This document shows positions 47,740 to 57,339 of a stretch of 64,000 nucleotides of DNA, piece after piece. The DNA lies in IMG/VR virus record IMGVR_UViG_3300037067_007020, positions 37,226-101,225 of that record. One strand, given 5' to 3'. The translations under genes were made by a program, and so were the position numbers. Position 1 is the stretch's first letter. Each line of letters starts with the position of its first letter. The DNA is from a virus (lineage: Duplodnaviria > Caudoviricetes). Below the pieces are notes generated by a model, which saw only the letters and a program-made list of their open reading frames with translations, did not search any database and was not told the DNA's origin.

Positions 47740-49614
47740 TTATAACGTATCTAGAGCTTCTATACATCTAGATGCACAATAATCCCATGTCATGTGTTTT
47801 ACTGTTTCATATGATTTTTTTCCTAGAATATTCATTTCTATAGGATTTTCGTATGCAAATCTCATTTTTTCTTGCAATTCTTCTAAGTTAGGAATAACCC
47901 ATGATGTATTTGCGTATTGTTTATAAAGAAAATCCTGTCTAGCAGGAATTTGTTTTCCTTGTTCTAATATTAAACTGTTTGTTTTGTTACAAAATTCTGT
48001 CAATCCACCCCATGATGGAGCAATACACGGTTTTCCACATGCCATTGCTTCCATATTTGTAAGGCCAAAACCTTCGTTTCCTATTCCTATAAAACAATCT
48101 GCTCTTCTATATAATTTGGCTAAAGTTGGAATATCTACCCAACTTTCAATAAGTTCTATCTTAGGATTTTTACCATCTGGTCTTTGAAATTGTGAAAAAT
48201 AATCTATGGTATTCCTTGGTTTTAACATATCATTAAAATTACATTTCAATAATAGAGACACATTGTCATCTGATGTAAATTCTCTTGTATATGCCGCAAT
48301 TATATGATCTATGTTTTTTCTTGGACCATATATATTATTTACATAAAACACAAATCCTTTCAAATACGATAACTTTGCAGGTTTTATTTTCGGATTAAAT
48401 TCATCAAAGTTAATTCCATGAGGAATAACAAATATTTCTTGTTTTACACCACTATTTTTAAAAACATGTTTAACAAATTCTGTTGTTGTCCATACTTGGT
48501 CCATTTGATTAAGTTGTTCTACCCAATCTCGTGGTATGGTTGTTACTGATTCATGTGTCGTGTATCCTATTTTTTTCTTTCCTGCTGACAAAAATAATGT
48601 GCTTCCTTCTCCATATCTGACACATATTCTATCTTTAATATTTTTCTTTTTATTCATCATTTTGGATAAATGCCAATCATGTTCTCCTTGATATCCATGA
48701 TAATTTGTATCGTATATAGCTACATCTACATTTTTTGTTTTATCAAGAGCTTTTGTAAGATTTCTTAAAACTGTTACATAGCTCCATCCACCTTGTACAC
48801 TTCCTATAAAAGATAGTTGATATTTCTTTTTTTTATCTGAATAATCAATATTTTCAATTTTTTTATACAATTTATCTCTGTTCAATAATTTTGCCTTGTT
48901 TAATTCATTTTTTTCGTATTCTGTAAGAGAATTGTTTTTACTTGTCATTCCTTCTAGGTGATAAACAATAGAATTTGGTGAAATAACAGAAATATAATCT
49001 TTTGATCTTGCTTCATAACCTAACCAGACATCTTCACTATAAGCGGGGAAAAAAGTTTCGTCAAATATTTTGTTTCCTAGTTTCTCTATGAGATCGTTTT
49101 TTATATACAAACATGCTCCCGGACAATATTCTACTTCTCTTATTTCATTAGGCATATCGTGTGTATGGTTTCCCCATCCTAGAGAAGTTAAAAATCCTCC
49201 ACTAGACTGAATTTGTTGATTATTGTATAACATTATTGGTCCTATTATACCATATTCTCTTTTACTATAGGCAGTATTTTGTAATTCTTTTAACCAACCT
49301 TTTGTCATTGTAGTATCATTGTTTAATACAATAACATCAGAACCTTCCATTCTTATTTGTGTTGCAACGTTTATAGCCTGACCATAGCCATGATTTGTTG
49401 TTAAATTGATTATCCGTGCTTTGTTTTTTAATATGTTAAATTTTTCAAATTCTTCTTTTCTGCTTCCATTGTCTACAACAATTATTTCTTTATATATATC
49501 AGAAGTTTCTGTTTCAAAAATACTCATTACACATTGTAATGTCAAATCAGAATTGTTTATTGTTGGTATAATTATTGTTACAGGTATATTTGTCTTTTTA
49601 GATTTTTTAGTCAT
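47740..49614 (-). CDS. bifunctional GT2-GT4 glycosyltransferase
   Basis: N-half VDNGS...NHGY...VLNNDT...YSEDV; C-half IPHGI...RKN...EGFGLTNMEAMACG. Confidence 0.92.
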   Translation of the reverse strand: MTKKSKKTNIPVTIIIPTINNSDLTLQCVMSIFETETSDIYKEIIVVDNGSRKEEFEKFNILKNKARIINLTTNHGYGQAINVATQIRMEGSDVIVLNNDTTMTKGWLKELQNTAYSKREYGIIGPIMLYNNQQIQSSGGFLTSLGWGNHTHDMPNEIREVEYCPGACLYIKNDLIEKLGNKIFDETFFPAYSEDVWLGYEARSKDYISVISPNSIVYHLEGMTSKNNSLTEYEKNELNKAKLLNRDKLYKKIENIDYSDKKKKYQLSFIGSVQGGWSYVTVLRNLTKALDKTKNVDVAIYDTNYHGYQGEHDWHLSKMMNKKKNIKDRICVRYGEGSTLFLSAGKKKIGYTTHESVTTIPRDWVEQLNQMDQVWTTTEFVKHVFKNSGVKQEIFVIPHGINFDEFNPKIKPAKLSYLKGFVFYVNNIYGPRKNIDHIIAAYTREFTSDDNVSLLLKCNFNDMLKPRNTIDYFSQFQRPDGKNPKIELIESWVDIPTLAKLYRRADCFIGIGNEGFGLTNMEAMACGKPCIAPSWGGLTEFCNKTNSLILEQGKQIPARQDFLYKQYANTSWVIPNLEELQEKMRFAYENPIEMNILGKKSYETVKHMTWDYCASRCIEALDTL

Positions 49615-49635
49615 TTTTATGTATTTTCCCCAAGT

Positions 49636-50853
49636 TTAACCGAATACTGATGCAGTAATGCACGTATCTTTTCCTTCTGTTAATATATTCTCAATATTTT
49701 CATCAATCTTTTTAGCTAATTTATTCCAATTATAATTAAACGAAAGTTGGATATTCATTTCTGATATTCCATTAAATTCTTTTTTGTTATTTTTAAACAT
49801 ATTGTATAAACATTCTAATGTTTCTATGGCTTTTTTCTCATCTATACAAGCGAAATTTCTTTCAGCTTCTAATGTTATATATCCTGTTATAGGAATTATT
49901 GCTCCTGCTTTAATAAGTTCTGGCATACAGTATGCGTTTGGAACTATCGGAATTGCTCCAGCAGACATTGCTTCCATTAAAGGCATCCCTTGTCCTTCTG
50001 CATAACTTGTAGATAAATATATGTCTAATGAATTGTAAATAAGATTCATTTTTTCGTCTGTTATCGCTTTTGACGGATTAGTTATTATTATATTTTGTTT
50101 TTCTTTGACTACATTTCTTCTGATAAGATTTAATAAATCTGCTCCACTATGACTTGTATCACGTATGTCGCTTACTAATGTCATTAAAACATCATTTTTG
50201 TCTTTAGAAAATTCTGAAAATATTTTAACAAAAGAAGGAATATTTTTTCTAGTTTGATTTCTGGCTACATAACCTATGTTAAAAAAATTTTCAGGTATTC
50301 CTAAAGTTTGTTTTATTTTTATTTTATTCAGAGCATAAAATATGTTATGATTAATTCCATGATATTCTATGTCTATTTTTCTGGTAGGAATAAGTTCTTT
50401 TATGTTATTTTTAGCAAACTGCGACGATACTATTACAAAATCAAAAAACTTAAATATTTCTGCTTGTTGGTGAGAAACTGGACCTGAGTCTATGTTTGTA
50501 TAACACCCTGTATATATATTAGGAAAATTTTTATAAATTTCACCCATGTATCCAAAATTCCATTGATCTCCAAAACACAAAATAACATCTGGATGAAAAT
50601 CTTGTATTGCCCTTATAACATCATCTTTTTCTTCATAACAGTCTTTTCTTATAGAATAAACTGTATATGGTCTATTTTGATCTTGATTAATCTTAATTCC
50701 TTGATAAAATTGATGTCTTTCACATCCCCATGCAGCAACAGCTATATCATATTTGCTTTTTAAAAGATTTATAGTTTCTTTTGTTACGATTCCCATCCCT
50801 GTTCGCATATATGGGTTATCAGAAATCCAAAGTAATCTTCGTTTAGTCATCAA
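49636..50853 (-). CDS. glycosyltransferase family 4
   Basis: WISDNP..TGMG, YHGI, VARNQTRKN, EGQGMPLMEAM. Confidence 0.9.
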   Translation of the reverse strand: MMTKRRLLWISDNPYMRTGMGIVTKETINLLKSKYDIAVAAWGCERHQFYQGIKINQDQNRPYTVYSIRKDCYEEKDDVIRAIQDFHPDVILCFGDQWNFGYMGEIYKNFPNIYTGCYTNIDSGPVSHQQAEIFKFFDFVIVSSQFAKNNIKELIPTRKIDIEYHGINHNIFYALNKIKIKQTLGIPENFFNIGYVARNQTRKNIPSFVKIFSEFSKDKNDVLMTLVSDIRDTSHSGADLLNLIRRNVVKEKQNIIITNPSKAITDEKMNLIYNSLDIYLSTSYAEGQGMPLMEAMSAGAIPIVPNAYCMPELIKAGAIIPITGYITLEAERNFACIDEKKAIETLECLYNMFKNNKKEFNGISEMNIQLSFNYNWNKLAKKIDENIENILTEGKDTCITASVFG

Positions 50854-51769
50854 TAGGACTCCAATTTTTACATTCTAAATTATAAGGACATGAATCACAA
50901 AAAGCACCGGAGTTTTCATGTGAAGGACAGAAAACATTAAATTTTTCTGCTTTTATTATTTCTTTTATTGTATTATAAAGTTGAACATAGTCTTGTGTTG
51001 TTCTTGTAGTAGGAAAATTTCTAAGTTCTGGATTTCCTTCTGGATTAGACTTCGATTTTTCTCGTTTTATAAGTACATCAAAAGCTATTCCTTGTTCAGA
51101 TACATTAAACATTTGTCTAAAGGCATATGAATAAACTGTAGGTTGAACCGAATATTTAACTTTTTGTTCTGTATACGAACGAGAGGAAGTTTTAAAATCT
51201 ATTATTTTTAAATCATCTGTAATCATATCGATAGACCCTTGAAGAAAAGTATTATAAAGAGGTTCATTTGTTACAGGATTTTTGACTTGTACATCAAAAG
51301 GAACTTCGACACATGTAACTCCATTGATAACAAGAGGGGTATATTTTCTTTTGTGATCATTATAATAATTGACATCTTTTTTTACTGTCAAAATAAATTC
51401 TTTCCATTCTTCATCGTTCATGTTGTCACACAAGGTTCTATCTAAGGTTTCTTCTACTATCAAATCTAAGGCTTCTTTTGTGACTTCTATGTTGTTTACT
51501 ATGCAATCATGTACATATTCCATGGCTTTATGAAAAGAAGTTCCTAGCGCAATAGAAGGAGATATTAATTTTTTGTTTATTTTATCAACATATTTGAATT
51601 TATATTTAAGAGGACAAGATTTATATGTTGTTATTTTTGTAGCAGAAAAATATTTCTTTTTATTTTCTGCTTCGTTTTTAACAACTTGTTCTAAAAGTTC
51701 TTTTTTCTTTCTTTCAGCTTCTTCACCAAGTACTGATTTAATTTTTCTAAACCCTGATAATTTTGTCAT
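50843..51769 (-). CDS. PD-(D/E)XK nuclease, RecB/AddB/Cas4-like with 4-Cys cluster
   Basis: SATKI..Y..CP, GTSFH, E...GSID..IIDFKT, Q..VY, C..CPY...C. Confidence 0.85.
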   Translation of the reverse strand: MTKLSGFRKIKSVLGEEAERKKKELLEQVVKNEAENKKKYFSATKITTYKSCPLKYKFKYVDKINKKLISPSIALGTSFHKAMEYVHDCIVNNIEVTKEALDLIVEETLDRTLCDNMNDEEWKEFILTVKKDVNYYNDHKRKYTPLVINGVTCVEVPFDVQVKNPVTNEPLYNTFLQGSIDMITDDLKIIDFKTSSRSYTEQKVKYSVQPTVYSYAFRQMFNVSEQGIAFDVLIKREKSKSNPEGNPELRNFPTTRTTQDYVQLYNTIKEIIKAEKFNVFCPSHENSGAFCDSCPYNLECKNWSPIDD

Positions 51770-51815
51770 TTTTGTTCTTTCTTAAAAAAAAAAATAATCC
51801 TAGTTGTCTATATGT

Positions 51816-51877
51816 ATTATATCATAAAAAAATTAAAATCGGTAAAATTGTTGAAAATTTTTTAATTATGATATAAT
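51816..51877. promoter_or_regulatory. back-to-back divergent extended -10 promoters (ATGATATAAT on each strand)
   Basis: Minus-strand ATGATATAAT at 51825-51816 and plus-strand ATGATATAAT at 51868-51877, at the strand-switch point. Confidence 0.6.
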
Positions 51878-51903
51878 ATAAGTAGATATTTGATAATTTT
51901 TAA

Positions 51904-51991
51904 AAGGTCAAGGACCTTAAAGGACCTTAAAAACAAAAAGACCTTAAAGGTCAAGGTCTTAAATAAAACTTCTAAGGTCAACTACAAGGTC
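51904..51991. repeat. cluster of eight AAGGTC/GACCTT hexamers
   Basis: AAGGTC at 51904, 51947, 51953, 51974, 51986; GACCTT at 51913, 51923, 51940. Confidence 0.85.
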
Positions 51992-52063
51992 ATTAGTTTA
52001 AAACTATTTATAATATATAATAATATAAAAAATGTTTTGAAAAAAAAGAAAGGATTTGAAAAA

Positions 52064-52660
52064 ATGTTAAAGAAAACGTCAAAGATTGAAAACAATTCGT
52101 ACATAGATCAAGAATTTAATGAAATAAACAAAACGTTACTCGACAACAGAATTATTTTCTTAAACACAGACATAACAGACGCAACGGCAGAAAAGGTAAT
52201 TACTTCTCTTTTATATCTAGATTCAAAAAATCATAAAGACATATCCATCTACATTAACTCAGCAGGGGGAGTAGTTACGTCAGGACTTGCGATCTATGAC
52301 ACAATGCAGTATTTGATATCAGAAATAAAGATCGTGTGTCTAGGACAAGCTTGTAGCATGGCAGCATTTTTACTTTCTTCAGGGACAAAAGGAAAAAGAT
52401 TTTCTCTTCCTAATTCAAGAATAATGATACATCAACCGTGGGGAGGAGTAGAAGGAAAAGCATCTGATATCAAGATTTCTAGTGACGAAATACAATTCTT
52501 GAAGAAACAATTGAACAAAATTCTGTCTGAAAACACAGGAATACCGTTACCAGAGCTTGAAGATATAATAAACAAAGGAGACAATTGGCTTTCTCCTAAA
52601 CAAGCCATTAAAATGGGATTAATAGATGGTATACTTACCAAGAAGGAAAAGATTTTATGA
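52064..52660 (+). CDS. clpP: ATP-dependent Clp protease proteolytic subunit
   Basis: YINSAGG...GLAIYDTMQ, ACSMAAFLL (Ser), RIMIHQP (His), DNWLSP..A..MGLID; start taken at ATG 52064. Confidence 0.95.
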   Translation: MLKKTSKIENNSYIDQEFNEINKTLLDNRIIFLNTDITDATAEKVITSLLYLDSKNHKDISIYINSAGGVVTSGLAIYDTMQYLISEIKIVCLGQACSMAAFLLSSGTKGKRFSLPNSRIMIHQPWGGVEGKASDIKISSDEIQFLKKQLNKILSENTGIPLPELEDIINKGDNWLSPKQAIKMGLIDGILTKKEKIL

Positions 52661-53109
52661 TTGAACTAAATATAATACCTGAGTTTGGAAACGTTGTTTT
52701 TTCTTCAGAAATTGTTAAAAAAGGAAGAACAATGATGTTATATAAGTTAAAATATCCTGAATATCTCAACAATTCTACAGAAGAACAAGAAATTTATGAT
52801 GAAAACTTTGAAGATTTTAAAGATAGGATGACAAAAGTCATACAAAAAAGATGTAAAAATCATGAACTTTTATTAGAAAATATAAAATTTGTAAAATTTC
52901 TTCATCCTCACCCTACATTTTTTAGTTCTATTAACAAATCATATAGAAAATTCAAAGAATTTTATAGAGAAAAAACCATAACAGAACTTATAGATGAATT
53001 TGGCGATAAATATGAAGAAAAAATAAATAAAAATTGTTATTACAAACCTATTAAATATCAGGGTATTTGTTTAAATATTGAATTAAGTATGAAGGATAAA
53101 AAAAGATGA
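52657..53109 (+). CDS. hypothetical protein
   Basis: ATGA overlap with clpP. Confidence 0.7.
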   Translation: MIELNIIPEFGNVVFSSEIVKKGRTMMLYKLKYPEYLNNSTEEQEIYDENFEDFKDRMTKVIQKRCKNHELLLENIKFVKFLHPHPTFFSSINKSYRKFKEFYREKTITELIDEFGDKYEEKINKNCYYKPIKYQGICLNIELSMKDKKR

Positions 53110-53276
53110 ACTATAAAATAACAAAAAACACGGAAAAAGAGGATGAATTTCTTTATAAATTACATGACGAAAATGAACCAAACGAATATAATGACATAAA
53201 ATTCACTAGTTCCTGTTTGTTTGTAGCAGTTTATCTGATTTATATAGAAGATAGTAATTTAATCAACCTAAATTAG
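53106..53276 (+). CDS. hypothetical protein (56 aa, not in ORF track)
   Basis: ATGA overlap; MNYKITKNTEKEDEF... Confidence 0.55.
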   Translation: MNYKITKNTEKEDEFLYKLHDENEPNEYNDIKFTSSCLFVAVYLIYIEDSNLINLN

Positions 53277-53294
53277 AAAAGAGGAGAACAATAC

Positions 53295-53675
53295 GTGGTA
53301 GATATTAAAGGATTACAGAACAATATAGATAGAACAAATGAAAAAGTAGACGAATATAGTTTTTATGATAAAGCAATCCCTAATTCATATCAATATAAGC
53401 TAACAAGAGCAGAGTATTATAATTTGAATATGGACGAAAAAAGGGATAAAGAAGAAACACAAGAACAATACAAACTTAGAAGAAATAAAATAAAACATTA
53501 TCGACAGTCATGTACATGTAGGATATTTTGGCCTTCTAATGCGCTAGGAACATATAACTTACACGATGAACAACGTATGAAGAAACAAATAGAAGCTATT
53601 AATAATCTAGTCAATAAACAAAAAACAAAGATTACAAAAAACACAACAAAGGAAGGAGCAAACAAAGATGTATGA
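53295..53675 (+). CDS. hypothetical protein
   Basis: GAGGAG RBS, GTG start. Confidence 0.7.
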   Translation: MVDIKGLQNNIDRTNEKVDEYSFYDKAIPNSYQYKLTRAEYYNLNMDEKRDKEETQEQYKLRRNKIKHYRQSCTCRIFWPSNALGTYNLHDEQRMKKQIEAINNLVNKQKTKITKNTTKEGANKDV

Positions 53676-54129
53676 TCTTAATTTTATTGTCAACCAAAAA
53701 CTAAACGACATCAAAGAAACAAAGATCGTAAACTTCTTATTAGAAAATGCAGACAAAAAAGAAACTTATTGTTCTGAGCAAGAATTGGTTGATAAAATTT
53801 TCAAATACTCAGAAGACTTTAAAGAAAAACACTCTGTGTTTAATTATTTAATCATAAACAAAGACAATAAATTAGTTTCTACAATATTAGAAAAAAATAT
53901 AGGGAACCTCCTTCTAATACTTTCTTCGTGTCAAAATTTGTCAACAGAAAATAATTCTATTATACTGTTCAACCCAGACAACATTATTGTCACTGAAGTT
54001 ATCCCCCCAGAAGTTAAGATATTTAACAATAATAATCTGGATATAAACTATTATATAGAAATCGAAAAACAAACATCCGAATATAAGATAGGAGAAATTA
54101 TAGTCTATGATAGAAAAAAAGAACAATAA
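53668..54129 (+). CDS. hypothetical protein
   Basis: AAGGAG RBS, overlaps the previous gene. Confidence 0.65.
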   Translation: MYDLNFIVNQKLNDIKETKIVNFLLENADKKETYCSEQELVDKIFKYSEDFKEKHSVFNYLIINKDNKLVSTILEKNIGNLLLILSSCQNLSTENNSIILFNPDNIIVTEVIPPEVKIFNNNNLDINYYIEIEKQTSEYKIGEIIVYDRKKEQ

Positions 54130-54550
54130 CAACACCACTAAAGACAGTGTTATATATCTAATAAAAAATGCAGAAGTACAAGAAGTAGAAAAAGACTCCT
54201 TAACAATATTCATTCGCCCTTATTTAGACAAATTAAAAGAAATGTCTTCAAAATCACTAATAGATCATTTAGAACTTCCTAACGAAGAGTATCAGATCAA
54301 AGAAGAAATAACAGAAGAATGTGTTTACTATACAAACCTTATTTATAGTCTATTGCCCAAGAAGAAAGAAATAATAAAAAACATCTATTTGTTTATCAAT
54401 CCCGATAATAATAATAATCATCTATACTTTATAATAGACATAGATTGTAACTGGGTTGATTATATAATGAAAAACATAGTCCGAGTAATAGATAAACAAT
54501 ATAGTCCTTTATATTTTTCCACACAGTGGGTTACTATACTTCAAAAATAG
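54107..54550 (+). CDS. hypothetical protein
   Basis: AGGAG RBS, overlaps the previous gene. Confidence 0.65.
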   Translation: MIEKKNNNNTTKDSVIYLIKNAEVQEVEKDSLTIFIRPYLDKLKEMSSKSLIDHLELPNEEYQIKEEITEECVYYTNLIYSLLPKKKEIIKNIYLFINPDNNNNHLYFIIDIDCNWVDYIMKNIVRVIDKQYSPLYFSTQWVTILQK

Positions 54551-55733
54551 GAGCAAAAATGTCTTTAAAAAATACAGTACTATACTTAATAATATTACAA
54601 GTATTAAAATTTTGTTTATTTGTTTCTATAACCTTTTTTACTTTTTTTAACAAAATATCTAAAAAGTAGCAAAACCATTGTGGTTTTTTTATGGTTTTCC
54701 TATGGTCCATGTTTAAAACCTCAAAAGTTTTTGTTTTTTTCGCTCCACTGGTTGACTTTTTACCATTCCCAGTGTGTATATCCCATATCTTGCCATAATT
54801 TTTACACAACAAAATTAATTAATATGAAAAGAGGGGGGTATGCCAGGGGAAAAAAAGATACTCTCTGATAATGTACTTATATGATCTATAACAGATGATC
54901 ATAGACAGTAAGTAGTTATATCCTTATCTTCCCTCGAAAAACTGTTTTTGGCTTAGTGATAACAAATTACATTGATAAACTATATCCGCATGAAAAACAG
55001 TCAAAAAACGGTTATATAAACCCGGGGTTTTTTGAATAGAATTGGCTCAACCATGCGAAATTTGTTTTTTAATGTTTTTTAAAGAAACAGAAATAATTAA
55101 TATGAGTTTTTGAGTATGGTTACACCGAAAAACGATAATTTTTAATGCCGGGTAGAAAAATTGACGATTATAAAATCTTGAAAGTATCCATAGAAAATTA
55201 TGAAGTTTTGACGGAAAATAAAAAATATCCTGATAAATACTTTCCAGTTTTACAGGTAGATAGTATATCTATAGTTTGCCCTGTTTTATGGCCTGTTTTG
55301 GGTGTTTTTGGCTTAATGAGGCTATTTATAAGCTTTTTATAGATACTTTATAGGCTTTTTGTTGTTTTTTGGCATGGTTAGTGGATTTTTTTCTGAACAT
55401 GGAGAGAGAAGAGAAACTAATGGGCATTATAAACAAACAAATAAACACAAGGGTATTATAAACAAACAATATGAATACTGTATATAAATAAACAATAAAG
55501 GTACTATACTACTACTTATTAAAGTATTTATCAGACAGGTTTTTTTATCTCTTCCTGGCCATTTTGAGGGATATTTAATATCATAGTGGCTTATTAAAGG
55601 TATTATCAGTTCTAAGGGCAATTACTTAAAGTATCCTAATAGTAAGTAATTATTATAATCAATCCCTATAGCAGTTATCTTTTATTTCCCGCATTATTTC
55701 ATAATAAGCTACTCTATATCAACAGACAATAAA

Positions 55734-55763
55734 ATACCCTGCTAGAGACTTAAACAGGGTATT
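55734..55763. terminator. stem-loop, probable terminator for leftward early genes
   Basis: ATACCCTG...CAGGGTAT inverted repeat with an A run on the left. Confidence 0.5.
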
Positions 55764-55896
55764 AGAAAGGATAATAACAATTACTCTATTTTAAATTTAG
55801 TATATCCTATGGCGATTAGTGTTATTAATATATCCTTTAAATCTTTATCAGGTAAATCTATTTGTATATTACTTTCAGGTATTGATTTAACAGATT

Positions 55897-56076
55897 TTAA
55901 TAAAACAATTTTTTAATGGCATTAACTTTGTCCGTATCTGTACAATCATTAACAGTATTAATTACTGTTCTAACAAATTTCATATCCGCTATCAATTCAG
56001 CTTTTGTTTTGTCTTCTATAAAACTATTTTCTATTATTGTTTTTTGTGATAAGTCTAAAATATCAAATTTGGTCAT
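55897..56076 (-). CDS. hypothetical early protein
   Basis: AAGGGG RBS before MTKFDILDL. Confidence 0.55.
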   Translation of the reverse strand: MTKFDILDLSQKTIIENSFIEDKTKAELIADMKFVRTVINTVNDCTDTDKVNAIKKLFY

Positions 56077-56122
56077 TTTGTTTTCCCCTTTTCCCTTGCT
56101 GATTTTTTGTTTATACTTTATT

Positions 56123-56168
56123 GTTCCCACAATTTTTTTATTCTAAACATGAATTTTTTGTGTTATGT
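56123..56168 (-). promoter_or_regulatory. conserved 46-bp element, copy A
   Basis: ACATAACAC-aaaaaattc-ATGTTTAGAA-N10-GTGGGAAC. Confidence 0.7.
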
Positions 56169-56364
56169 CCTGTTATATATAATTATATTTATAAATAAGG
56201 TCTTAATGACCTTTAGTTATTAAAGGTATAGTTTTATTAAATAATACTTTATAGTTTAACTACTATCAGAAGAGTTATTTTAATTTTTGTCCATTAAATC
56301 GATTATTATTAGTCTCTTGATAGTCTGATAGCTTAGTTGTAGAGATTGTCGATTTTAGGACTAG

Positions 56365-56408
56365 AAAAAACCCCTATCAAGGCAATATCTCAACAGGGGT
56401 TTATTTTA
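56365..56408. terminator. stem-loop, possibly a bidirectional terminator
   Basis: AAAAAACCCCT...AGGGGTTTATTTT. Confidence 0.5.
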
Positions 56409-56500
56409 TACAGGATTTTTATATTTTTTAGTTTTATTCTTTAACCGGGACTATTGTTTTTATTGATCATATTTGATCATCCTTCCCTTAAAGTATTTTT

Positions 56501-56605
56501 TTAATTCTGTTTAGGACAATCGCTTTTTCTATCATATTTACATTTATCGGGACAATTTGGACACTGAATACAGATAACTAAACTTTTATAACCTTTCCTA
56601 TTCAT
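56501..56605 (-). CDS. 34-aa Cys-rich peptide (paralog of 60369-60473)
   Basis: MNRKGYKSLVICIQCPNCPDKCKYDRKSDCPKQN; AAGGA RBS. Confidence 0.65.
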   Translation of the reverse strand: MNRKGYKSLVICIQCPNCPDKCKYDRKSDCPKQN

Positions 56606-56649
56606 AATCAATATTATCCTTTTCCCGGTCAATTAATAACCTATACAGG

Positions 56650-56871
56650 CTATTGTATTTCTATCTGCTTATCGTCAAATAAATTACACTCATTTATTTT
56701 ATTAATAATAGACTTTGTTTTTTCCTTGATATAATTTTTATCAAAATGATCATTATCAGGTTTATTTGTTTCTTTTAATACTGCCTTGCATAATTCATAA
56801 ACTTGTTGATAATTTAGCTTTATTTCTGTTTTTTGATTATTTAATGTTTGTGTTCCAGATTGATTATACAT
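56650..56871 (-). CDS. hypothetical early protein
   Basis: GGAGG RBS, 73 aa. Confidence 0.6.
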   Translation of the reverse strand: MYNQSGTQTLNNQKTEIKLNYQQVYELCKAVLKETNKPDNDHFDKNYIKEKTKSIINKINECNLFDDKQIEIQ

Positions 56872-56874
56872 ATT

Positions 56875-57057
56875 TTATGACCTCCTGTAATAATTCATAG
56901 TCAATTCGACATTAAAGTTATTTTTAACTAATCGGATAAAAGCAATATTATAAATTCCCTTTATGTTCATATTAAATATTTTTTTGACCTCTTCCACAGT
57001 CTTAACAATACCGTCTACCTTTATTTTACCTGTTTCAGGACAAAAAAGATAATCCAT
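56875..57057 (-). CDS. hypothetical early protein
   Basis: AAGGA RBS, 60 aa. Confidence 0.55.
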   Translation of the reverse strand: MDYLFCPETGKIKVDGIVKTVEEVKKIFNMNIKGIYNIAFIRLVKNNFNVELTMNYYRRS

Positions 57058-57293
57058 ATTATTTGTCCTTTTTGTCGGTATAAACTATTATTGGCTTATG
57101 AGTATAAATGTTACTATACTGGTAATTTTTTATTTCTCTTGTCATTTCAGTTAATTTTAACATTTATTTATCCTTCCTTATTTATTAATAGGTATTGGTA
57201 TATATACTATACCAATAAACTGAAGCTGCTATTACTATTATCGTGATTGCTATTACCATTTTATTTCCCTCCTGTTTTGTTTCTATTATTAGT

Positions 57294-57339
57294 ATTCCCA
57301 CAAAAAATTTTTTCTAAACATGAATTTTTTCTGTTATGT
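57294..57339 (-). promoter_or_regulatory. conserved 46-bp element, copy B
   Basis: ACATAACAG-aaaaaattc-ATGTTTAGAA-N10-GTGGGAAT. Confidence 0.7.

Noticed and set aside
33101-50853. T4-like DNA glucosylation as the main role of the GTs
   Set aside because: No hydroxymethylase, TET/JBP or other base-modification enzyme is visible here; disfavoured but not excluded, because the rest of the genome is unseen
2216-51785. Numerous plus-strand ORFs opposite the structural and glycan genes
   Set aside because: Antisense shadows of K/E-rich genes (F/L/S-rich, no RBS, no motifs)
51890-52063. 58-aa N-terminal extension of ClpP in the ORF track
   Set aside because: It runs through the hexamer cluster and AT-rich leader; ClpP-like sequence and an RBS begin at ATG 52064
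54534-55621. Short ORFs in the convergence zone
   Set aside because: No convincing RBS, atypical composition, and they overlap on both strands
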